23,936 nt of DNA from Caldisphaera sp. (lineage in GTDB: Archaea; Thermoproteota; Thermoprotei_A; Sulfolobales; Acidilobaceae). The notes under the pieces were generated by a model that did no database searches, was not told the origin of the DNA, and worked only from the letters and a program-made list of their open reading frames with translations. A program made the translations under genes and the position numbers. The stretch spans positions 1 through 23,936 of the forward strand of contig JBMFKU010000019.1 of the NCBI GenBank assembly GCA_049971805.1, written 5' to 3'. How positions within the stretch are numbered: the stretch's first letter is position 1; the number at the start of each line of letters is the position of its first letter. Below, piece by piece: positions 15,831-23,936 of the stretch.

Positions 15831-17021
15831 ATGAATTTGTTCAGGGAGGAATTTGAAGTTTTTAAAAAATTTACGTATTTAAATTGGGCTTCTATTGGAG
15901 ACCCTCCAACAAGATCTATCGAAGAAGTAAATAATTACTTGGAAAACTTAAAGATTAATCCTGACGAATTTTCATCTTCTATATTTTCTGATGGTGTTTT
16001 AAATAGTGTTAAAGAAAACCTTTCAAAAATTATTTTATGCGATAGAAATAATGTTACTATTTTAGGAACTAGCACGACACCAGGATTGCAAACAGCTGTA
16101 GAATCCCTTGATTTAAAAAAATCTGATGAAGTGATAGTGTTTGATTTAGATTTCCCTACAGTTTATGCAGAAGCATTAAAATTAAAGGAAAGTGGCGTTG
16201 TTGTAAAAACTGTAAAAAATAAAAAAGGAGATTATGATTATGATGATATAATATCTAATATAAGCAAGAAAACAAGGGCAATTTTAGTTAGCTCTGTTAT
16301 GTGGATAAATGGTCTAAGATTAGATATTAAGGAATTGAGTAAGATAATTCATGAAAATGAAGGGTATTTAATTGCTGATGCAATTCAGCATATTGGATCT
16401 CTTGATTTCGATTCATATGGTTTAGGAATTGATTTTGCAGCTTTTGGTACGCAAAAATGGCTATTATCTCCATACTCATTGGGTATTTTATATATTAGTA
16501 ATAGAGTTATGGAATCTTTAAAACCTCCTCATTATGGCTATTTAAATTTAGATGTTAAGATGAGTTGGGATGAATTTTGGGAAAGCTATGAAAAAAGTCC
16601 AGAAATGAATTTTGACTATAAGAAAGGTATTGCAGATTCGTTTAATTTTGGAGGTTTTATACCAGTACCTTCTTTAATAGGACTTAATGAATCGCTAAAA
16701 TTAATTAATTATCTGGGAATCGAAAAGATTAGAGAACATATTTTAAATCTAAGAAAAATATTGATTGAGGAATTAAATGAGTTAAATGCAGAAATTCTAT
16801 CACCTTTAGATAAAGGAAAGGAATCTGGCATAATAACTTTTAAGGTATACAGTAAAATTAAAAATAATTATGAGATTGTAAACAAATTAAGGAAATTTAG
16901 TGTTAAGGTATCTGCAAGGGGAGCAGCAGGTATTGGAGGTATCAGAGTATCGGTTCATTTCCCTAATGAAGAAGAAGATATTAAAAAATTAATTTATAGT
17001 ATTAAGGATTTAAAAGGATAA
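15831..17021 (+). CDS. Class-V PLP-dependent aminotransferase-fold enzyme
   Basis: FREEF..TYLNWAS, DFPT, ADAIQHIG, GTQKWLLSP (PLP-Lys), IRVSVHF. No C-terminal catalytic Cys loop. Confidence 0.88.
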   Translation: MNLFREEFEVFKKFTYLNWASIGDPPTRSIEEVNNYLENLKINPDEFSSSIFSDGVLNSVKENLSKIILCDRNNVTILGTSTTPGLQTAVESLDLKKSDEVIVFDLDFPTVYAEALKLKESGVVVKTVKNKKGDYDYDDIISNISKKTRAILVSSVMWINGLRLDIKELSKIIHENEGYLIADAIQHIGSLDFDSYGLGIDFAAFGTQKWLLSPYSLGILYISNRVMESLKPPHYGYLNLDVKMSWDEFWESYEKSPEMNFDYKKGIADSFNFGGFIPVPSLIGLNESLKLINYLGIEKIREHILNLRKILIEELNELNAEILSPLDKGKESGIITFKVYSKIKNNYEIVNKLRKFSVKVSARGAAGIGGIRVSVHFPNEEEDIKKLIYSIKDLKG

Positions 17022-17274
17022 TTAATTATTTGTTTTTCGATGCAAACCGAGGATTGCTTTTTATCTTTTTATTTATAAACAGCAAGCCTCATTTTTATAG
17101 TAAATGAAGAGGAGCTAATCACTTATATAAGACATATTGATCATGTCGATTATTGCAGCCTTCTTCTTTGAAGATGTGGGTTATCTTTATCATATTTATT
17201 TCTATATGGAGTAAAAAGTTTTCAGAATTCTTTGGCCTTGAAATATTATGGTTGATGGTTAGATTTATTTTTTA

Positions 17275-18381
17275 TTATAAATGTTCTACATTAAAATTAC
17301 ATAGAGGATCTTTATTATAAATGTTCTCCCCATTAAATGCTCTCGCAACACAACCTCCTTGGCATAGGCTTGATATTTCGCATGTAGAGCAATAATTGAT
17401 TTTTTTCCATCTATCTTCTCTAAATTGTTTAAATCCATTAATCCAAATATCTTCAATTCTATTCTTTCTAACGTTGCCTTCTAAGAATTTTCTGTTAATT
17501 AACAGCTCGCAGCCATAGATGTCACCATTTGAATCTATTATAAACCTAGATCTCCCAGCTGGGCAAGAATAATAATTTGACAAACCCTTTTTAATTAATG
17601 AGTTATAAACTTCATCCAAGTTATCCAAGTAAAATCTAAAACCGTTTATTGTTATTTTGATTTTTTTATTTTCTTCACTTAACTTTTTTAATAATTTATA
17701 GGATTCTATTGCATATTTTCTTGATATTCTAATTTTATTAATTTTCGCCCTACCAAAATATTGAACTGGGCTAAAATTTATTGAATTAACATTTAATTTT
17801 ATAGCCAAATCGACCATATCCTTTATATAATCTTTGTTCGAATCTGTTATAACATAACTTAATGTTGTCTTAATATTTTCATCAACTAAGTTTTTTACTC
17901 CATTTATAGCTAAATTAAAATTACCTTTCCCTCTTAATACGCTGTTTATTTCTTCATTTGGGCCGTCGATGCTAACCTGAACTTCATTTATTTCTGTATC
18001 CTTTAACTTTTTTGCTGTTGTTTTATTTATTAATGTTCCATTGGTGCTCATAGCGGTATATATGCCTAATGACGATGAATATTTAATTATATCAAATATA
18101 TCATTTCTAAGTAATGGTTCTCCTCCTAATATGTAAATTATTTTTATTTTCATATATTTAAGTTGATCTATCACATTTTTCCATTCGTAATAATTCAATT
18201 CGTTATTTAGAGGCCTTCCTGCAGAAATATAGCAATGTGTACAGTTTAAATTGCATGCTCTTGTAATGTAAATAGTTACTTGAATTAATTTATTTTCCAT
18301 TTTTTCATTACTTGATATATGAGAAAGTGGTGTTGCAGGGCAATCCATTACAAACGCCAGTTCATCGAATTTAAATTCCAT
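17275..18381 (-). CDS. Radical SAM enzyme with SPASM domain
   Basis: CNLNCTHC, GGEP, STNG, QVSIDG; SPASM CPAG...GDIYGC...CSTC..SSLCQGGC..DPLC. Confidence 0.93.
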   Translation of the reverse strand: MEFKFDELAFVMDCPATPLSHISSNEKMENKLIQVTIYITRACNLNCTHCYISAGRPLNNELNYYEWKNVIDQLKYMKIKIIYILGGEPLLRNDIFDIIKYSSSLGIYTAMSTNGTLINKTTAKKLKDTEINEVQVSIDGPNEEINSVLRGKGNFNLAINGVKNLVDENIKTTLSYVITDSNKDYIKDMVDLAIKLNVNSINFSPVQYFGRAKINKIRISRKYAIESYKLLKKLSEENKKIKITINGFRFYLDNLDEVYNSLIKKGLSNYYSCPAGRSRFIIDSNGDIYGCELLINRKFLEGNVRKNRIEDIWINGFKQFREDRWKKINYCSTCEISSLCQGGCVARAFNGENIYNKDPLCNFNVEHL

Positions 18382-18570
18382 TTTAATAGCCTCATGTTTA
18401 TTTTAATTTGAATAAAGTTTTAGCCTTTATTATGTCTAAGTATTTATTCAATTTTATTCAATTAAAATTATTTTTCTTCCTTTATAAAGTTTTTTGCAAT
18501 AAAAATGTCACCTTTTTAATTATATCTGCAAATTGAAATTTTTATCATAAGATCTAATTATCCTCTACCT

Positions 18571-19410
18571 TTATTGCTTTGTTAATAGTATCTTATATAT
18601 ACCATCCAATGCACTACTAATTGCTTCTTTATCAATACCTTCAAATTCTATCTTCTTTAGCCTTCCCTTGACTCCATAGAAATATACTTCATTGATTGGT
18701 GTTCCTTGTAAGCTAATTAGAGCATTAATTGGTTCCATAGGTGGAGAGGCATAGAAGTTTCCAGTTATTTGTATTTCTTTTATATAGTTTTCATAGACCG
18801 ATGCTGATATCTCTACATTAAACCCCTTTTTATTTACATCATATTTATATTGCAAGCTTTTAGCACCGTATCTTATCCAAGAATCAGCCTTGTAAGAATC
18901 AATTATTTGTTTATTAGGATTTATATTGCTAACTTCTTTTATTTCTATATTTTCTGTTGAATTTAAGCATCTCTTTATATCGTTTTCTCCATTTTTCATT
19001 ATAATTTCTATAACTTCCAGAGTATCTAGTTTTGTAATACCATAAATGGCTTTCTTATCCCTTGATAAAGAAGCTCCTCCAAACGGTTCTATACCTGATA
19101 CGCATTTCATTAGGTCTATTATCCTTTTGTTTAATTTGCTTAATGTTTCTATTTTATTTTGAATTAAGCTAAAGTATATGTAATTTTCGTAATAGTTTAA
19201 TGCAGGTCCTCCAGTTATTCTTCTGGTTACGTTTTCAGAGTTATCAAATTTACAATATAAGCCGATAGACTTTCCATTATTTTTTAATTGAGTAATAACA
19301 CCATAAAGAGATTCATGATGTCTTAAAGATGAACTCATTAATTCTTCAGTAAAAGCTTGTGCTTCTTCCATGTTATTGCTATTTTTTAAAATGAAAACAC
19401 TTCCTACCAA
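18571..19410 (-). CDS. Divergent lipoate-protein ligase A-like protein (catalytic-like domain plus C-terminal accessory domain)
   Basis: AQAFTEEL (cf. MA.DEAL), RRITGGPAL (cf. RRxSGGGAV), YKADSW, C-terminal IKEIQITGNFYASPP. Canonical ND..GKKISG not recognisable. Confidence 0.7.
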   Translation of the reverse strand: MVGSVFILKNSNNMEEAQAFTEELMSSSLRHHESLYGVITQLKNNGKSIGLYCKFDNSENVTRRITGGPALNYYENYIYFSLIQNKIETLSKLNKRIIDLMKCVSGIEPFGGASLSRDKKAIYGITKLDTLEVIEIIMKNGENDIKRCLNSTENIEIKEVSNINPNKQIIDSYKADSWIRYGAKSLQYKYDVNKKGFNVEISASVYENYIKEIQITGNFYASPPMEPINALISLQGTPINEVYFYGVKGRLKKIEFEGIDKEAISSALDGIYKILLTKQ

Positions 19411-19523
19411 TTTATCGCCTTTAATAAATTTTTAAATTAAACCTTAAATGCATATTTTTATTAATATCAAATCTTATGAACAAAATAACCAAACAATAAA
19501 ATTTTATTCCATTTGTTAAAAGC

Positions 19524-20780
19524 TTAAGCTATGCTTAACCCTTTTACCATCATTTTACCAGAAAAGACCTTATTGTATTGTATTAGATCGTTATCAAAGC
19601 CTATAATATTATTAAGCAATTCTTTTATGTTTCCTGAAATCAGTATTTCCCTAAATCCTCCATCATTATCCCAAGCAACATTTGCAGAAACGCTAAAATC
19701 ACCTGTATCAAAATTGCTTGTATGAACTCCTTGCAATTGATCTACATATACTGCATTATTATCGCTAAAATTCTTCCCGCTAAAAACAAGGGTTGTAGTA
19801 GAAATACTAGGCAATGATGTATATGTTCTAAATGCAGAGTGAGTATTTTCGTAATTTGCTTTTTTAGCCCAATAAGAATTTGATAGATAAGATTTTATAA
19901 CGCCATCTCTTATTATCTCTACTCTTTTAGATGGTAATCCTTCTCCGTCAAATTCTCTACTCCAGCTAAAATATGGTATTAATGGATCATCAGTTATAGA
20001 TATTTTTGATTCTAAAAAATCATTTAATTTAAATGGGGTTCTATTTCGATAAGAGTTTTCTAGAGAAAAACCGTAATTTAATAAGGGAACTACTAGTTCA
20101 TCTATTGCTTTCTGAGTGAAAATAATATAATCAAACTTTTTGTTAATTTTTCTTCTATTTTTCATAATTTCTGTCTTTTCCAATATACTTTTTATTATTT
20201 TATCTATATTAATTTTTTTTACTGATTTAGATCCCATTCCTTCATATATTTCAGGTGTTACCTCATTTCCTAAATAATTAGCAATAATCCCAACCCAAAT
20301 AAATGAATTTTTCTCACTAACATCTATTCCTTGGGTATTCTTTATCTCAACCTCTGCAACTCCTCCAACAGCCTTTGAATTTATTATATTAACCTTATCT
20401 TTAATGGAGTTTATGTCATTTAAATAAGATTTTAGATTTTCAATAGGATTTAATAGGGACTCATCATATATTCCCTCTAATTTATATAGTTTTTGGGGAC
20501 CTGGCAAATAATTTGCATCATCTCTTTCATTAGCATTGGATGAGCTTATAGCTAAGTCAATGAGTTCATCATTCAATGTATTTCCATAAGCAAATCCTAG
20601 CCTTTTATCATTAATTATTCTTAATCCGTACCCACTTTCTTCGTTTATTAGTCCATGTTGTTCTCCTTTTTCTATTGATAGCTCATAAAACCTTACTTTA
20701 ACATGAAAAATTTCTGCTTCAATGTTTTTGCTTGATAAATTTTTTAAAATTTTATCAACATTGTTTTCTCTATTATCCAT
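19524..20780 (-). CDS. pmbA: TldE/PmbA family non-catalytic subunit
   Basis: GYGLRII.DKRLGFAY, ITDDP, FDGEG, QGVHTSNFDTGDFS; no HExxxH; overlaps the tldD stop by 8 nt. Confidence 0.88.
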   Translation of the reverse strand: MDNRENNVDKILKNLSSKNIEAEIFHVKVRFYELSIEKGEQHGLINEESGYGLRIINDKRLGFAYGNTLNDELIDLAISSSNANERDDANYLPGPQKLYKLEGIYDESLLNPIENLKSYLNDINSIKDKVNIINSKAVGGVAEVEIKNTQGIDVSEKNSFIWVGIIANYLGNEVTPEIYEGMGSKSVKKINIDKIIKSILEKTEIMKNRRKINKKFDYIIFTQKAIDELVVPLLNYGFSLENSYRNRTPFKLNDFLESKISITDDPLIPYFSWSREFDGEGLPSKRVEIIRDGVIKSYLSNSYWAKKANYENTHSAFRTYTSLPSISTTTLVFSGKNFSDNNAVYVDQLQGVHTSNFDTGDFSVSANVAWDNDGGFREILISGNIKELLNNIIGFDNDLIQYNKVFSGKMMVKGLSIA

Positions 20781-22128
20781 TTATACCACCAACTTTAATT
20801 TTTTCTACTAATAAATAAGGTCCGCCTGTACCAACAAAAACGCTTTGTCCCATCTTTCCACATACTCCTGGCCAGAATGAAAAATCTTTTGTTATGCTAG
20901 AAATGGCTGATAATGTTTCCAAAGTATATCCAGCGATTCCGACGTTTCTTAAAGGATATGTAATTTCTCCTTTTTCTATCTTATATCCTTCTTCGATTCC
21001 AAATTGGAATGTGCCATCAGGACTTGTCTGCCCTCCTAAAACCGATTTCATCATATATCCATCTTTTACCTCTCTTATAATTTCATCTAATTTCATATCC
21101 CCAGGTTTAAAATATGTGTTCCTCATTCTAACCAATACGTTGCTTCTAAAGTCTTCAGCTCTCCCATTACCAGTTGGTGATTGGTTTAATGAGGCAGCAT
21201 AAGCTCTATTATTCATAAATTCTTTAACAAATCCATTTTCTATAATTTTGACTTCTCTTCCTTCTATACCTTCATCATCATATGGAGTTATGCCTATAGC
21301 CATTGGATCTTCGTTATATGGAGAATCAGATACATTAACAAAATCCTTAGCAATTCTTTTACCAACCATTTTACCTAAAATACCTTGGATTGCTAAATCA
21401 GCTTCTGCAAGGTGTCCTAAGGCTTCATGGGCAAAAACACCACTTACTTCGGGAGATAAAATTACTTTAAATTCACCAGCCTTTGGCGGTTTTCCTTTTA
21501 ATTGATTATTTAATTTTGTTAATAGCTTTTCTATTGATTTGTTTATATCAAAAACTTCCAACGGATATCCTAAATAAGTTGATAAAGAAACATGAGCACT
21601 TGCAGTTATATCGTTTTCTCTTGCTACGGCAGATATATAAATGTTTGAAATTGTATAGTTTAATTCAATATCTCTTCCATCACTGCTTACGTATTTCTTT
21701 TCAAAGTTTGATCTATTATATCTTACATTTACAGATTTTATTCTCTTATCGCTTTTCATAATTTTATCTTTAATCTCTGAAATTTCCTTCATATTTTTTT
21801 CCATTCCTAAATTGTTTTCATATTTTTCTTTGATGGTTATTTTATCTCTTTTAGGACTAGCGTAAAATATCCTAGACCTTCCATCACCAATAGAAACATT
21901 TAGTGCTTCTTTAATCTCATAGTTATTTAAATTGGTTGTAGCTTTGTATCCAAAGTTACCTTTATATAAAACTCTAATAGAATAGCCCTCTGATATGCCA
22001 TTATTTGTAACAAAGTTTCTTGTTTCATTGCTTATAATAGATAATGTTTTATTTTTTATATAACGTATATCTGCAAATTCTGCTCCAAGATTTTCAAGTA
22101 ACTTTATTTTTTCTTCCAAGTATACCAC
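20773..22128 (-). CDS. tldD: TldD family zinc metalloprotease
   Basis: FADIR, HEALGHLAEAD, YDDEG, TGNGRA, VRMRNT, CGKMGQ...GGP. Confidence 0.93.
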   Translation of the reverse strand: MVYLEEKIKLLENLGAEFADIRYIKNKTLSIISNETRNFVTNNGISEGYSIRVLYKGNFGYKATTNLNNYEIKEALNVSIGDGRSRIFYASPKRDKITIKEKYENNLGMEKNMKEISEIKDKIMKSDKRIKSVNVRYNRSNFEKKYVSSDGRDIELNYTISNIYISAVARENDITASAHVSLSTYLGYPLEVFDINKSIEKLLTKLNNQLKGKPPKAGEFKVILSPEVSGVFAHEALGHLAEADLAIQGILGKMVGKRIAKDFVNVSDSPYNEDPMAIGITPYDDEGIEGREVKIIENGFVKEFMNNRAYAASLNQSPTGNGRAEDFRSNVLVRMRNTYFKPGDMKLDEIIREVKDGYMMKSVLGGQTSPDGTFQFGIEEGYKIEKGEITYPLRNVGIAGYTLETLSAISSITKDFSFWPGVCGKMGQSVFVGTGGPYLLVEKIKVGGING

Positions 22129-22202
22129 TCAAGTAATAAGTCAAGGGATAAAAATTAATATTTTACTCAAACAATAAAGAAAATATTAATAATTTTAATT
22201 AT

Positions 22203-22622
22203 TTAATATCTTTTTCTGTAAGATGGTTTTCTTCCATAAGAACTATAACTTCTTCTATTATCATCTTCAACTACTCTATCAGACATATTGTTACCAGTAT
22301 TGACATTTTCGATTTCCTTTTCTAGAACTGTTATATTCCCTCCATTTTTATTTAAAGATAGCCTCATGCTTCCTTTAAATGTAGATACATAGGCATTTTG
22401 GACCTTTATTGACTCCCCTTCTTTTACCTTATTAATGTTGTTATCCCATAATGTCATTATTATTGTCCCGCTTTCATCTCCTACCAATACATCAGAAACC
22501 TTGTGTGACATTCCATCTTTACCATATACATTTCTTGGCTCGGATATCTTTACAACCTTTACGCTAATTTCCTCAACAGCGCTTTTAGGCGCTAACTCAT
22601 TTACCTTCAATTTCTTCGCCAA
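22203..22622 (-). CDS. ssb: Single-OB-fold single-stranded DNA-binding protein
   Basis: KVNEL.P, VGDESG.I.MTLW, NAYVSTFKG.MRL (aromatic W/F stacking residues); flexible C-terminal tail; TTG start. Confidence 0.88.
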   Translation of the reverse strand: MAKKLKVNELAPKSAVEEISVKVVKISEPRNVYGKDGMSHKVSDVLVGDESGTIIMTLWDNNINKVKEGESIKVQNAYVSTFKGSMRLSLNKNGGNITVLEKEIENVNTGNNMSDRVVEDDNRRSYSSYGRKPSYRKRY

Positions 22623-22664
22623 GTTATAGTTAAAATTATAATTAATAAGCTTATATGGAAATAA

Positions 22665-23930
22665 TTATCTTGGCAATCCTTGAATCAATTTGAATATTAA
22701 TGAATCCACTAATAGAATGATTCCAGCTATAATGTAGGTTAATTCAAACCCTATTGATTTAACTAAATAACCAGATACAAAAGAACCTAAGGTTAAAGCA
22801 ATACCTGTTAATGTACTGTAAACTCCTAGAGTTGAGCCTTCTCTACCACTTTTAGCAATTTCAAATATCATTATGTTTGATGAGGTATAAAACATTGAAA
22901 AAGCAATTCCTGCAGCTATTGGATAAAATACAAATCCAGTTACAATTAAACTTATCTTATTTGCAATCAAAAAAGTAAAGATTCCAATCAATGCATAAGA
23001 AGACCCTCTCATAATTAAAGATATATATGAAGTTTTTGCCTTTCCATGCTTATTTATTATTTTAGGAGAAATATAATAGGAAATTATTTGAAATAGCATA
23101 CCAATGGAAAATATAGCTAGTATTGTTGTATTATTTAATTTACCTGTTTTTAAACCGGCAGGATACTCTGTGTTAAATATTCCTGAAGAAAGGTAAAATA
23201 ATAACATACCAATATATAAATATGAAACATACGAGCTTGGGCTGTATTTTAATCTTGATATTGAAAATATCTTGAATGAGTGCCTAGATGGTAAATGAAG
23301 AAAGATTACAGGTATTTGTTTAATTCTTAATAGGAATGATTCTAAATTATGAAGAAATACTGTTCTTTCAAAGTGCACCTCTGGCCTAGGTAAAATAAAT
23401 ATGCCCAATAAAAATGAGATAAGGGTTAGTATGCCCATTATTAAAATTATTGATAATATGTTTAAATAAAATGATATAATAGCAGATAAAACGAGACCTA
23501 TTAAATAACCTATAGAAGATAAATAATTCATTTTAGCATATGCTGATGTCCAAAGATCTTTTCTTACGGTGCCCATAATTAATAAAGATAAAGGTGTTGC
23601 ACTTGCTGAATTAAAAAATGACAATATTGTATAAAACAATTCTACCTCATAAACATTTTTAGAAAAAGCTAACAATGATAAAAATAGCCCTGTAAGTGAA
23701 AAACTTAACAAAATTTGTTTTTTCCTATCATATATATCCGAAACAAAGCCCCAAATTAAAGAACCTATTATACTTGATAAGTTTCCAAAAGATATTGTTA
23801 AAGCAACGTCTATTACAGTCCCTCCTATTTTGAGAATTTCTAATGTAACAAGAGTAGAGAGAGGTCCCATTGCTATATTGTAAGGTATCAGCGAGTACAT
23901 CCACGTCTCTTTTTTGAATTTTATCCCCAC
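22665..23930 (-). CDS. Major facilitator superfamily transporter
   Basis: Motif A WGFVSDIYDRK, about 12 TMs in two halves, second-half KHGK loop. The frame is open to the window edge, so the start is uncertain. Confidence 0.88.
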   Translation of the reverse strand: MGIKFKKETWMYSLIPYNIAMGPLSTLVTLEILKIGGTVIDVALTISFGNLSSIIGSLIWGFVSDIYDRKKQILLSFSLTGLFLSLLAFSKNVYEVELFYTILSFFNSASATPLSLLIMGTVRKDLWTSAYAKMNYLSSIGYLIGLVLSAIISFYLNILSIILIMGILTLISFLLGIFILPRPEVHFERTVFLHNLESFLLRIKQIPVIFLHLPSRHSFKIFSISRLKYSPSSYVSYLYIGMLLFYLSSGIFNTEYPAGLKTGKLNNTTILAIFSIGMLFQIISYYISPKIINKHGKAKTSYISLIMRGSSYALIGIFTFLIANKISLIVTGFVFYPIAAGIAFSMFYTSSNIMIFEIAKSGREGSTLGVYSTLTGIALTLGSFVSGYLVKSIGFELTYIIAGIILLVDSLIFKLIQGLPR

Positions 23931-23936
23931 CCAACC

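Noticed and set aside
17119-17193. Minus-strand 24-aa ORF MIKITHIFKEEGCNNRHDQYVLYK as a RiPP precursor
   Set aside because: No RBS and no leader/core pattern; expected by chance.
17275-18381. Calling the radical SAM enzyme LipA, LipS1/S2 or PqqE
   Set aside because: It lacks the LipA N-terminal CX4CX5C, has a SPASM domain unlike LipS, and no pqq genes are adjacent.
19531-23934. ORFs 19531-19725, 20894-21202, 21248-21505, 21483-21761, 22435-22629 and 23728-23934
   Set aside because: Antisense or alternate-frame shadows of pmbA, tldD, ssb and the MFS gene.

Overview
AT-rich archaeal chromosomal segment. The gene set (Alba, SRP54, single-OB SSB, GGTGA-type RBSs, RHH regulators) points to a crenarchaeon/Thermoproteota, possibly Acidilobales (Caldisphaera-like); this taxonomy is inference. 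The left end holds the border of an integrated element: an intron-less tRNA-Ser(GCT), an HTH-fused archaeal tyrosine integrase, and a start-less fragment of a repeat-containing surface protein. The rest is mostly housekeeping: DUF711, thrB, an M28/DUF4910 peptidase, srp54, alba, an ABC exporter operon, an SDR, DUF1152, a divergent pair of RHH regulators, sdhC-D-B, gcvH, a class-V PLP enzyme, a radical SAM/SPASM enzyme, a divergent lipoate ligase, tldD-pmbA, ssb and an MFS transporter. Best non-obvious observations: (1) a 29-codon relic of sdhA (FAD-binding GxGxxG start), below the ORF-track cutoff, heads an otherwise intact sdhCDB operon; (2) a head-to-head aCcr1-like plus RHH-coiled-coil pair with matching candidate boxes; (3) a gcvH / PLP enzyme / rSAM-SPASM / degenerate LplA / TldDE neighbourhood; (4) an in-frame upstream ATG plus TGA inside a hairpin ahead of the integrase. 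No CRISPR array or rRNA was seen. All family calls come from motif recognition, not database searches.
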